Shown here in pieces: positions 23,641 to 36,025 of a stretch of DNA of 64,000 nt (positions are counted from its first letter, which is position 1; every line of letters begins with the position of its first letter). The notes beneath the pieces were generated by a model. It had not been told where the DNA came from. It searched no databases and was given only the letters and a program-made list of their open reading frames with translations. This DNA is from the human T2T-CHM13v2.0 reference genome, Homo sapiens. The stretch lies in NCBI RefSeq assembly GCF_009914755.1, contig NC_060943.1. One strand, given 5' to 3'. The translations under genes and the position numbers were made by a program.

Positions 23641-25844
23641 GACAACTGTGAGTGTCTTCTGCACAGTTTGCAAAGCACACGTTCCCAGCAGCATCTACCT
23701 TCCTACCCAGATAGGATCTCATCACATGGAGGTCCCATAGCCATCCTCTTGCACCCAAGGGTGGTGCAGTGGACCAGTGGCCCCTTGGCAGCCTTTCTGA
23801 CATGAAAAGAGGGTCTCAGCTGCCCTCCTGTGATCCATCTGCCAAGTCACACAATGTCCCGTGGCCCTGATTCCTCCTAGGATGTGCCTGCCCTATGTTA
23901 GGTCCTGAACACGTGTTCTTGTTTCTTGGTTTGTCTCAGGACAGCAAGGACACTTGGCTGAGGAAGCCTGAATTTGAAAATTAGGGTTAAAAACAAATTT
24001 CACCTTTTGCTCAGCATTCTTCTCTTATGGACCCAAGGAAAACCTCTGTGTTGGTTAAACACTCTGTTTGTCAGCAGTGAGAAAACCTTTGGCATTTAGG
24101 GTGTATTTTGAGTGTATAAATCATGTGTTTACAGTGAAAGATGCCTGTAGCAGTTCCCGAGACATCCTGGGTTCCTCCCTGCACCTGCAGAAGTGCAGCA
24201 GAGGCCCCTGTGGTCACAGAAACACACCCACCTCCTGCCAGCCCACCTGCACACCTAATGCCAGTTCCCAGTGTCAGAGGAGGGCTTTTCAGAAACTCAG
24301 ACCTGGACAGGTCATCAGGGGCTAGAGAGCCATTCCCAGGCCCTCAGGCCAGCTGGCGTGCCCAGGAGTCAGTCCCCAGGGGCAGCTCATCTCCAGAGCT
24401 AGAAAAGGTACTGTCAGCAGGCCACCTCTTCTCAGAGCTGAGCACAGATTACTCCTATTTTTCCTCCTGCACACGGAGAAGCAGAGAATGCCAGACCAGC
24501 CGGATCCCGAGTGCAGGGCACTGGGGGCAGAGCATCGCGGGGGTCCAGCCTCGGGGGTGTCAGTGCCTGCCAGCACCCAGCTCCTATCTTTCCATTCTTG
24601 GAAACAGTGGATGGTTTCCCTTTGGGACCCTGCTCTGCCCCATCCTCAGGCCCTGTGGTTTGGGTGTCTTGCCCCATGCCCCACCCCTACTCCCTTCCCA
24701 CGGCCAGACGCACGCGCCATGACAGGCCATTGCAGCAACTCAGCCCACAGCCAGGAGCATGCAGGAGGCAGGCACTCTTGCTTGAGTGGGCAGAGGCTGC
24801 TCTGGGAGGGAATGGGAAGTGGAAACACTGTCGGAGTCTGTCCAGGAGGGAGCTGTTGGTGCTCCCCATGCAGAGGAAAGGAAGAGGTCTTGGCTCTTTC
24901 TTCTCTCTGTCAGCATGGAGAGCCAACAGAGAGAAGAAAGAGCCAAGAGATGGGGAGAGCCAAGCCCTGACACCAGTCTTGGTGTCCCAGGAGCCAGCAG
25001 TACCTGGCAGTAGCATCTCTGTGACATGTGCCAACACCTTCCTCCCTTGTGCTGGCCTCACGCTGAGGCAGACAGTTTGCCGGGAGATTCCAGGTGTGAG
25101 GCATTGGGCTTGGCTTTAAGAAAATTGCTCAGAGAGTGAGGCCTAGGGAAGGCGGGCAGGAGCTGGGGCCCAGGCCACAGGCATGTGTCCAAAGCCTCCA
25201 CTCCTTGGCGGGGGCTGGGGTGTAACAGGCTGCTCAGTCCACCCCATCCTCTGGCCTTTAAACCATAGGCACAGACTACAGCAGCAAGTCTTTCAGCCGC
25301 TGAGCCCCCCAGCAAGTGGCACAGGCAGGGTTGTCCCTCCATCCTCTAGCACAATCTCCCTCCTCTCCCCGCAGCCCTAAATGCATGTTCTTTCCTCCAC
25401 CCCTCTGCTTACACTGGACCCTTAGCCTGATGTGCTCTTCATTCCCTTTCCACCCCTTCCCCAGAATCTGCCATCCCTCCAGACCTGGCTGGAGTGCCTC
25501 CTCCTCCAAGAAGCCTTCCCTGACTAGCACAGCTCATGATTTGAGGCACTGGGTCACTGCAATCATCACCCAAAAGTGCACAGTCCACACCGGGTTAGAT
25601 TCTGTCCTAAGCAACTTTAGGCTGGCTGCCCTCTCACCAGAGCCAGTGACCTCAGCTAGCAGCCAGCAACAGAGAGATTATTTAACGTTTTCAGGAGGAA
25701 CCATTCTGGCCATTCAGGGAGAAGTCTTCAAGAAGACCTAGGACCATTCCCAGGACCTTTCCCATAAGATATATACTAACATGGACAGAATGCCATGTGC
25801 TAGAGGCAAGCAGAGTGAGTGAGGCAAGGAAGAGAGGAGAGACC

Positions 25845-26460
25845 TCAGGCTCCAGGGCCAGGCAGGCCTGAGTTTGAATCCTGGCTCTGCCGCCGGCTGC
25901 CTGTGTGGCCTGGTCTAGTCGCTTGAAATCTCTGAGCCCAGTTTCTCATCTGTGGAATGAGGATGATTGTGACTCTATCATAGGCTTAAGTGAGAAGCCA
26001 TGGCTTGAACAGGGTGGATGCTGCGTAAATACTCCCTGTCGATTCCTGGGGGACAGTAGAGCACCGTGGTTGAAAGAATAACCTAAGCATCTCTGAATCT
26101 GCTCCATGCACCTCTCAGTTTTTTACACTGTGATCCCATTTAATCCTCACTGCAACCTTATAAAGTAGCAATGCATATAATCCCCAGTGTACAGTTGAGG
26201 AACCCGAGGTTTAGGGTCATACCCAAATTCAAACTCCTGAAGATGGCAGAGCCGTTTTCAACCCTTAGCCTACCCGTCCTCTACTTGGTGGCCCAGCATG
26301 GTCACAGGGCCACCCTGCAGTGGTGTGGTGCCTAAGAGCTCAGGAAAGAGTCAGACTGCTAGATCCCTAGCTCAGCTGTGACACTTGCTATTCGAATCCC
26401 CATCTCTCTGTGCCTCAGAGGTCTTCATTCTCTATCTGTAAACTGAAGATAAATACACTA
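25845..26460. mobile_element. Cluster of three MIRs (+ about 25845-26030, - about 26115-26280, + about 26315-26455)
   Basis: gagtttgaatcctggctctgcc...cagtttctcatctgtg; catttaatcctcactgcaacc...cagttgaggaacccgagg; ctctctgtgcctcag. Confidence 0.75.
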
Positions 26461-26997
26461 TGTTTTGTTGAATTCAACATGCCATCACTTGTCAAATGTG
26501 ATATCATTTTAAATGCCACTAAAACAGAAAAAATGCCCAACATAACGTATTTAATAGAAGTTCTCCACATAAAGCCAGGACACAAAGGCCGAGGCCCCTG
26601 TGTATCAGTAAATGAGAAATATAAACCCACCATGTAAACAAAGTGACAAGGAAATTGGCATGTCTCAACCTAGGCGCCAAGTGAAGGGAGAAAATATTCT
26701 TCTTTGACCTGAGTACCAGTTTGATCCCAGAACTGGTACTCAGGCAGATTTGATGTCTGAGTTCACACGGACCAGTGTAGTCCGAAAAACCCAAAGTAGA
26801 CAATTTCACTTTGACCTCATGTTGGTAGTAGCTCTGTGAAACAGAAGAAATAAACACAAATCCATTCTCTTGAAATTAGATCTCAGTTCAGGCCCACAGC
26901 GAGGCTAAGATGCTAAGGACTGTAAAACCCACGCCAGTAATTTCAGAAATTTGCAAAGATGGAAAAAACGTGTTGTATGATCATTGAGATATGGTAG
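26456..26997. mobile_element. Possible TcMar-Tc2 (Kanga/MER104-like) remnant, ends only
   Basis: Termini ctatgttttgttgaattcaacatgccatc and gtgttgtatgatcattgagatatggta resemble decayed Kanga TIRs; the interior is not recognised. Confidence 0.35.
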
Positions 26998-27376
26998 CAT
27001 CTAGCTATGAGCTACTGTAACCAAATACTCCCAAGTCTCAGCAGATTCACACAACCAACATTCATCTCTTTCTCAAGTAAAGTCCGAGTCCCTGAATAGT
27101 GGATGAGTCAGAGAACTGGGCTCTGTCCATCCTGTGGCCCCACAATTTTCAGCACACAACTTCCATGGTCTCCAAGGAAGGGAAAGGTGTAGGATTGTGT
27201 CTGGGAGGTTTCCACAGGCCAGGCATGGGTGTGAAATCTGTGACTTTTACCCACAATGAGTTGGGTAGAACACAGTCATATGGTCATGCCTGGGGGTGCT
27301 GGGAGCTGTGGGCTACACCTGTGCCTGGGAGGAAGCAGAAAGAATCTTGGTGGACAGGCAGACAACCCCGGCCACA
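26998..27376 (-). mobile_element. Old MaLR LTR (MLT1J/K-like)
   Basis: gctactgtaaccaaatactcccaagtctcagc...ttgggtagaacacagtcatatggtcatgcct...ccggccaca. Confidence 0.6.
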
Positions 27377-27729
27377 ACACCCCATGGGACCAGAGTGAAA
27401 CTCTTGGAAAATAATTGTTAGCAGCAGTAGATTAAAATGGGGCCTGACACCACACAGAGACTCAGTCAATGAGTGCTCCAGCTATGATTAATAATGAGAA
27501 CATCTTTCATTTGTCAAAGCGATGTATTTTTGAGGATGGTGCTCACTTAACAAAAGCGGCTTCTCCTGGTGTTTCCTAGTGACTTCCCATAGTGGATTTC
27601 AAATAGGGATTTGAATTTCAAAAAAGGTAATCTGTGTGCAGGAGGGCCTGGGTGGTAGGAGGCTAATATTCGCGTTCACAAATATTGCATTCTTTTAAAC
27701 CAGTCATCCTCACATTCAGTTTCCACAGG

Positions 27730-27990
27730 AAAGCTTAAAAGTGTGAGTTCTAGAATTAGTCGGCCTGGCTTTGAACCACAGCTCTGTGGTTTACTAGCTC
27801 CATGACCTCGAGCTAAGCCCTTGGCTTCTCACTAAGCTTTGGTTTCTGCAGCGTGAACTAGTAATGAAACAACTGCCTCAGAGGCTGTTGTGAGAGTGAA
27901 CACAGATAATGAAGGTAAAGCGCACAGCACAGAGAGGGCACACAGGGGCTCTCAGCGCGTGGGGTCATTGTTTTTCTTGTAATTTTTATT
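27730..27990 (+). mobile_element. MIR SINE, near full length
   Basis: cctggctttgaaccacagctctgtggtttactagctccatgacctcg...ggctgttgtgagagt...gtaaagcgcacagcacag. Confidence 0.75.
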
Positions 27991-28804
27991 AATGCCCTGG
28001 AAGCCATTTTTCCTAAACCTCATGTTAGCAACCTTGGGTTTGAGCCATGTAAAGTCCTGTGCGCTCCCCTATGCCATCTCAGGTTTCAGAAACTCTACCT
28101 TCTGTGCGGACTGATTGTCTGAGCAAATGCTAGATGCTGGGTACATATGAAGCTCTCATGTGGACAGCCTTACCAACTGGTGGTCTGAACATTTATTTCC
28201 AATTTTAACAACCCTATTAATAGTTTTATCCTGCGAAACAACTCAAAGCATTATAGAAACTCTAGTGTAAAACCTCACATCACTCCCAGTTCCCACCGTC
28301 GGCTGAGCGGAGGCGTCGGTCACATCCATCCGGTTTCTTTTCTTAATGTCTAGCCAAGGCCCACAGAGATGAGCAAATGCCTCCGATTTATAACCAAATG
28401 TAAAGGGCAGCTCTGTCCTCTCTGCAATGCAAAACCAACAGCTCAATAGTTGGACAACCACACCTTTCCAATAGTGTCAAGAACGACTTCTGAACTCTGA
28501 AAATTCAGTGTTTGGTTTATGACTCCTTAAAATGTTTTACCCATAGCTCCTGGGACAGGAGCCAGAAACTCTGCCCCTGTAGAACCCAGCAGAGAAGAAG
28601 AGCTGAGGGCTGGTAGCTGACTCACAGCCAGCTTTCTGATGTGCATGGTCAGGGAGGAGGTGCTAGGGTCTCAGCCTTCCCTTGCCCCACACTTCAGCTG
28701 AGAACCTCTGAAGAGGCGAGGTGATGTCAGGAACTCAGCAGCACGCCCTTGCTCCTCCATTCCAGATGTAAGTCAACTCAGTCCCTCTGCAGGCAGCAAG
28801 CATC

Positions 28805-29330
28805 GGCTTTCTGTCAATATCCATTCATCCAAAGTGTCCCCCAAAACCACCCTCTTACCCCTAATCTCAGTGCCTTGTTGAGGATGGGGCTGATCCCACC
28901 CCTAGTTCTAGATCTAGGCTCAAACCACCATCAACTCCCACCTCTGCGAGGGCTGGTTAAGGGATGGACTCGGGACACATCAGAGACAAGCCATGCTAAC
29001 CCCAGGACCTCGCTGGAGCAGCCGGGAGAGAGAGGACCTTGCTTTGTCCTCCTGGACAGAAGCGGGCTGTGTCTACCACACTCACCTCTGTTCTCTATCC
29101 AGGGCAGAAACTGAGAATGGCTCCCACACACAGGAAAGGAAATCCAGAGGTGGAGGAAGGGAGAAAAGGAGAGACAAGGAGAGGGAAATAAACCTGGTCC
29201 AGATGACAATTGAGCCTCTTATACAGATGAGCCTGAGGCCAGATAGACTTTGCAGTTTAGGGACCTGATATATTCCCTTGGAGGCACTGGTTAAGTTTTC
29301 TATCCTGTAGCCAGGAAGGAGTCTTGTGTG
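28805..29330 (+). mobile_element. Old MaLR LTR (MLT1-like)
   Basis: ctggttaagggatgg...ccccaggacctcgctggagc...gatgacaattgagcctct...gcctgaggccaga...ttttctatcctgtagcca. Confidence 0.5.
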
Positions 29331-29419
29331 ATGCCCCCATAGACTGTTTGCTTATTGCAATGGCTTTGCGCCTTCAGCTGTCCTGAACCCAAACCTACCC
29401 AAACTCCTACCCATCTCTA

Positions 29420-29660
29420 TTCACACCACCCAAACCAGCTATGTTGTGAGCCTGGCATTGTGCAAAGTCTGGAGGATGCAGAGCTCCCATCCCTCCACTT
29501 TAAGAGATGTCAGTACAGCAGTGCAGTGCAGGAAAGGCAGAGCTAGAGCTGCGCACAGGGGTCCAAGAAGGCTTCCTAGAGGAGGTGACACTGATTTCCA
29601 CTGAAGGACACATGGGAGTTTGGGAGGTGGGAGTGAGGAGAGTCATGGGCCAGAGGCACA
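29420..29660 (-). mobile_element. L2 3' fragment
   Basis: tgagcctggcattgtgcaaag...aagaaggcttcctagaggaggtgacactga. Confidence 0.55.
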
Positions 29661-30184
29661 TAGAGGACACACAGCCCACAGAGGACCCCTTTCCTCACTC
29701 CTATGGACCCTCGTGCCTGGTTTCCTCCTTGTTTTCTGAAGTCAACCTGGTCTCCCCAGATATTTTCTTCAAGTTTCCTAAAGTTAGCTGCAGTGTGGTA
29801 TATTTCAGAGACAGGAAAGGTGGCCACGTGCACAAGTGGCATCCAAGCTCCAGCCTCTCCCAAACTCCATGGGTGCCAGGTCTGAGAGCTGGGAGTTCAG
29901 GCCCCATGAGGGACTATGCCTCTCCTGCCTGCATCATGGTTCTCTTCCTTTTTGCTAATTTCAGAAATCCACAACATAATGGAATAAACATCTATGTGCC
30001 CGGCATCCATGATTAGCAAATGAAAATACGTTCTTAATTGTGCCGAAATTCATTTTTCATAAAAGAAACAGAATTTCACAGATTTAATTGAAATGCCTCT
30101 CCCCACAAACATTCTTATATTTTCATAAATATTTTAATTTTCTTTTGGTGAAGAGATATATCTAGTCCCAACTTTATACAGACT

Positions 30185-30858
30185 GATGGATAGATAGGTA
30201 GATTGAAATGACTGATGATAAAGATAGATAGATTGATTGAATTACTGATGATAAAGATAGAATAGACAGAAAGATGATAGATAGATAAAAATAGATAGAT
30301 TAGATAGAATAAACAGACAGAAAGTGATAGATAAAAAATACATAAATATATATAGATGGATAATAGATAAATAGAAAGGACAGATAAACAGAAAGATGAT
30401 AGATAAAAAGATAGATGCATAGATAGATGATAGATAAATAGATAGATAAATAGACAATAGATAAATAGAAAGGATAGATAAACAGAAAGATGATAATTAG
30501 ATAAAAGATAGGTGGATGGATAGATGGGTGATAGATAGAAAGGATAAACAGGCAGAAAGATGATAGATAAAAAAGATAGATGATAGATGATAGATAAATA
30601 GAAAGGATAGATAAACGGACAGAAAGATGATAGATAAAAAGATAGATAAATAGATAGATAGAAAGGATAAACAGGCAGAAAGATGATAGTTAGATAAAAA
30701 GATATAGATAGATACAGACAGAAAGAAAGATTAGATTGATGAAAAGATAATAGAAAGATTGATAGATAAACAGAAAGACAGATGATAGATAAGGTGAATA
30801 GAAAGAGATAGGACAGATACACAGATAGAGAGATAGATTAGTCATAGATATAGATATA
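30185..30858. repeat. About 670-bp compound (GATA/GAAA/GACA)n tract with higher-order units
   Basis: Direct reading; recurrent agaaaggatagataaac and agaaagatgatagataaaaagatagat blocks. Confidence 0.95.
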
Positions 30859-31553
30859 CAACAGACACATTGCTTTGTGAGTTGTAATTTACATAAATGC
30901 CATCACAGCTTATTTCTCAACTTGCTTCTTCCATCAGCATTAATTTTTCGAGATAGATCCATGTTGCCATAACTGCTGCGTAGTAGTCCAATACCTGACT
31001 ATATTGGAATTTATGAGTCCAGTCTCATGCTCAGGGCTATTTGGTCGTTTCTTATTCTTCATACCACTAACAACGCTGCTGGCAATGCCCTTGTGCACAT
31101 CTCTGAGAAATGCTCTGGGGCACGTGATAAAAACACAGGTCTGGGTCACAGACCATGCACATCTTTGATTTTATCTCATGTTGCCATAAGGAGAGCAGTG
31201 ACCATGCTCATTCACTCTCCTGCCAGCTGAGCGTGAGTTTTCCAGCTGCTTCACTTCCCAACACTCAGGATAAACCATCTGACTTTCTGAGTTTTGTCAG
31301 TTGGGTACCTGTGAAGCAGGTTAGCACCTTTGTTTGACTTTATAAGCATTTTTCATTTATTTTTGTTCATTGATGGTCTCTCTTCTCTGAAACTCCTGGT
31401 CTTCACCTTTTCTCCATTTGGTTTATTTGTCCTTTGCCAAGAAAATTCACATGTAGGACTTCTTGACATGTTCTGGGCACCGCTTCCTCACCTGTCTTCT
31501 TCCACTCTGGCCTTATTTGTTAACTTGGTTTATGATGTCTCTTGCAAGGTAGA

Positions 31554-31556
<3 letters not shown>

Positions 31557-31584
<28 letters not shown>
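31557..31584. repeat. (TG)n microsatellite
   Basis: Direct reading. Confidence 0.95.
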
Positions 31585-31586
<2 letters not shown>

Positions 31587-31897
31587 TGTATGCATGTAGT
31601 AGTCATCACAGAACCATCTTTTCCTTTATGAGCTGTGTTTTGTGCCTTGTCTAAGAAGTCTTTCTCTACCCCAAGATGATAAAGACGTGATTATCAATGA
31701 CCTTTTCAAGGTTATAAAGTTCTGCTTTTCAGATTTAGATCTTGTATCCATGTGGAAATTTGTTTCTTTACAGGATGAGGTTAGCAACTGATTTTAATTT
31801 TCTTCCCATAGGAAAACTAATATTTGAGTCTCCTAGTGTGTACTACCATCTCCATCCATCACCAAGTTCCCATAAATGTGTGGGTCTACGTGTAGGC

Positions 31898-32030
31898 CAG
31901 TGCTTAGCAGACATTTTTGTTAAAAGTCAAATAGTAAAATTTTGGGCTTTGCCAGCCACATAGTCTCAATCACAAAGACTCAACTCTGCTGGTGCAGGGG
32001 CAAGCAGCTCATAAGGGAATGAGGACAGCC
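31898..32030. mobile_element. MER58A-like hAT-Charlie MITE fragment
   Basis: aaaagtcaaatagtaaaattttgggctttgccagccacatagtctc...actcaactctgc. Confidence 0.75.
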
Positions 32031-32226
32031 ATCTCATCTGTTCTGCTAATATATTTATCTTCAAGGCAATGCCAAACTTTTAACACTTATTATGACTTCC
32101 TAATATGGCTTGATATCTGATAGAGGAAATACCAACCCTTTCTCTTCCTTTTTTAGAATTATCATAACTAATCTTGGCCTTAAGTCTTCCACGTAAATTT
32201 TAGAATGATTCTGACAAATTCCACAA

Positions 32227-32564
<338 letters not shown>

Positions 32565-32649
32565 TGAATTTTTAGGTTAATTGGGAGTGGGGGGAACACA
32601 TAATTATAATATGTGTTCACATCATCAACATGTTTGTTTGGTTTATCCT

Positions 32650-33640
32650 AAGGACACATACACAGGGCCCCTCTACCTGGTGTCTGATTCACATGGTGAC
32701 ACCACCTTTCCCATCACCTATACCAGAAAGCTGCCAGTTTCATCCCCACCTTCCCTCTTCTTCCTCCTGCGCAGCCAGGTACAGCATTGCCTTTCCCCTC
32801 TTTCTGGGGTCTCCTCTGTCTCTCTCATCATTGCTGGCCTCAGGGGTCTCCCTCCCTCCAATCTTCTTCCTCCCATTTCATCTCCATGGCGCACCAAAGA
32901 GCCCTCTCTTGTCACCCACGTACCATTTGGCTGAAGCAGAGCTCAATATCCTTAGCACAACTTGCCAGACCTTGTTTGGCTCCTAACCTACTTCTACCCC
33001 TCACCACCTGACCCGCTGCCCCCTCAAGGCACCTGACGCCCCAGCTGCACAGACACTGGCAGCTCCTCCCATTCCCATCCTTCCTCAAGCCTCAGTGCCC
33101 CCCACCCAGAGCACCCCCCATTTTTACCCAGCCACTTTCTTTCTTTTATTTTTTAAGGAGTCTTGCTCTGTCGCCCAGGCTGGAGTGCAGTGGAATGAGC
33201 TTGGCTAGCTGCAACCTCCGCCTCCCAGGTTCAACTGATTCTCTTGTCTCAGCCTTCTGAGTAGCTGGGACTACAGGCACCCACCACCGCACCTGGCTGA
33301 TTTTTGTATATTTTTTTAGTAGAGACAGGGTTTCACCATGTTGGCCAGGCTAGTCTCAAACTCCTGACCTCAAATGATCTGCCTGCCTGGGCCTCCCAAA
33401 GTGCTGGGGTTACAGGTGTGGGCCACCGTGCCTGCTCTACTCAGCCACTTTCTATTCAAGACCCAGCTGGGCCATCTCTGGCTCTGGGGCTCACGCCTCA
33501 CTGCCACTGTTCCCAGTGCCACTGACCTCAGTCACTGCACATGTCACTTGGAAGAGGCTGGCTCCACGAGGATGGGGCACCCCAGGACCTGGCATGTGGA
33601 AGGCACTATCAGTATGGGTTCCTTAAAGGAGTGAAAGAGC
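32650..33640 (+). mobile_element. L2 remnant interrupted by Alu
   Basis: catggtgacaccacctttccca...; gagctcaatatccttagcaca; ccaggacctggcatgtggaaggcact (3' end). Confidence 0.5.
33141..33437 (-). mobile_element. AluS SINE
   Basis: Full dimer; 16-bp TSD tacccagccactttct (33125-33140) / tactcagccactttct (33438-33453). Confidence 0.95.
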
Positions 33641-33675
33641 AGATGTTGTGCACAGTCAGGAACAGAAATGGGGCA

Positions 33676-34340
33676 GAGAGAGGCAGGTATCCTCATCTCA
33701 AATACACGCTTCTCACAGGGACAGGGCTGAGGGCACAGAGAGGCAGGTGTCCTCATCTCAGGTACAAACCCTTCTCCCAAGGAGGGGTCAGAGAGTGCAG
33801 AGAGGCAGGTGTCCTCATCTTAGATACACACACTTCTCCCAGGAAGGGGCTGAAGGCACAGAGAGGTATGTGTCCTCCTCTCAGATACATGCTTCCCCCA
33901 GGGAGGGGGCTGAGAATGCAGAGAGGCATGTGTCCTCCTCTCAGATACATGCTTCTCCTAGGGAGGGGGCTGAGAGTGAAGAGAGGCAGGTGTCCTCATC
34001 TTCGGTGCACATGCTTCTCCCTGGGAGGGGCTGAGGGCTCAGAGAGGCAAGTGTCCTCATCTCAGATACACACGCTTCTCCCAGGGACGGGCTGAGGGCA
34101 CAAAGAGGCAGGTGTCCTGGTCTCAAGTATACACACTTCTCCCAGGGAGGGGCTGAGGGCGCAGAAAGGCAGGTGTCCTCATCTCAAGTACATGTTTCTC
34201 CCAGAGAGGGACTGAGGGCACAGAGAGGCAGGTGTCCTGGTCTCAAGTACACACGCTTCTCCCAGGGAGGGGCTGAGGGCACAGAGAGGCAGGTGTCCTC
34301 ATCTCAGGTACACGCGCTTCTCCCAGGGAGGGGCTGAGGG
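33676..34340. repeat. Minisatellite/VNTR, 11 copies of an approximately 60-bp unit
   Basis: Consensus about gagaggcaggtgtcctcatctcagatacacacgcttctcccagggaggggctgagggcaca; one unit per 60-nt line. Confidence 0.97.
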
Positions 34341-35109
34341 AGGAGCCAGCCCCACCATCTCTGTGCCTTGCTGACCCCCAGCGTCCTGCCCTGAATGAGC
34401 AGGCTGGAGCTGACAGGGCTGAAGGGGATGTCTGCCTGCGGGAGCAGAAGGCATGCATAAAAATGCAAATGCCAGGCTCCTTTCCTCCCTGCGCTCTGCT
34501 CGTTTATCCCTCTCAGACAGATAAAAAGGAAACTGTGCCACTGAGGACAGAGCCCCTCTGGGTAAAAAAGCAATAGCAAAGTGACAAATGTCATGTGGGT
34601 TTAAGCTAAGTCCCCCATCGTTACAAACCCACAGGGAAATAAGCCTGACAAATGCGCAGCCCCGCTCGCTGCACCCTCTTCCTTTGAAATAACTTGAGCC
34701 CTGAAAAGGGAGAAAGAAGGAAATAACTCAAAAATGTTAAAAGCAAAGTTTCTGTCTGCAAACCAAATGGGCTGAATTTTTATAGGCTCGTTTGGAAGAG
34801 CATGAAAAATCCAGTTGTCAGAGGAGCCTCTCTCTGCCAGACAGCCTCGGGGAGAGACACAAAGGGACTACCTAAAACCTAAGCTGCTCTGCTCCCCTGC
34901 TCCCATCCCAGGGCTCAGCCCGCTCTCCCCAGCCCCTACCCTTGTCCTGAGGGCTGCTGAGCCAAAAGGGAGGGCTCCTGTGCAGGGCCAAGGTGACCTG
35001 GAGCCGCTCTGATCCCAGGCTCGCGGAGGGCACTGTGGAGGACCGTGCAGGAAGACAGGTTGCTCCTGCCAGTTCAATGCACTAAGACCACACGGCTCCC
35101 CTCCGCACA

Positions 35110-35295
35110 GCCCTCGCTGAGTGCCAGGCACTGCTCTAAGCCCTTGGCATGTCCTTTCTCCTTCAATCCTCACAGCAACTCTATGAGGGAGGCATTATGA
35201 TTATCCCACTTCCCAGATATGGAAACTGAGGCAGGGAAAGGTTCAGGTGCGCAAATGGAAGTGGAGGATTTGAACAAACACAGGCTCTAAAGCTC
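35110..35295 (-). mobile_element. MIR SINE
   Basis: gtgccaggcactgctctaag...aatcctcacagcaactctatgagg...ggaaactgaggca. Confidence 0.8.
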
Positions 35296-35688
35296 CCTGC
35301 CACAGATGCTGGCAGGGTCCCACCCGGTGCTCCTCTTTACTGGACAGTCCACAGCACAGCACAACTGCTAACAGATCACAGCTACCCCTTCCGAGAGAAT
35401 CCACTTTATCCAGAGATGCCTGGGAGATCGGGACCACACGCCAGGGGGCTTACAGCCAAGCACTGACTGACTGGTATACAAAAGCCCCACCCCTGCACCT
35501 CAAAGGGAAGAGAACGCTGGTGCTGTCCCCTCCCGAGTCCCCATCTTAGCCTGGCCTTCTTTCCCCACAGGCTTCTCCTGAGAGCACACCCTCGACAAAA
35601 CACTTGCACAAGAGTCCATATCACAGGCCCTGTTTCTCCAGAACCTGGTTACACACCAGCCCACAGACTTAAATTAGTCCATACATTC

Positions 35689-36025
<337 letters not shown>

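Noticed and set aside
24068-25119. Stack of overlapping 120-200-aa ORFs on both strands
   Set aside because: Locally GC-rich sequence depletes stop codons in all frames. No frame stands out and no protein family is recognisable.
30115-30822. 235-aa minus-strand ORF (longest in the track)
   Set aside because: It is the translation of the (TATC)n tract, a low-complexity Y/L/S/I/F sequence that is open only because the repeat lacks stops in that frame.
33541-34126. Repetitive ORFs and a CRISPR-like periodic array
   Set aside because: The units are contiguous tandem copies with no unique spacers, there are no cas genes, and the DNA is primate. The ORFs are VNTR translations.
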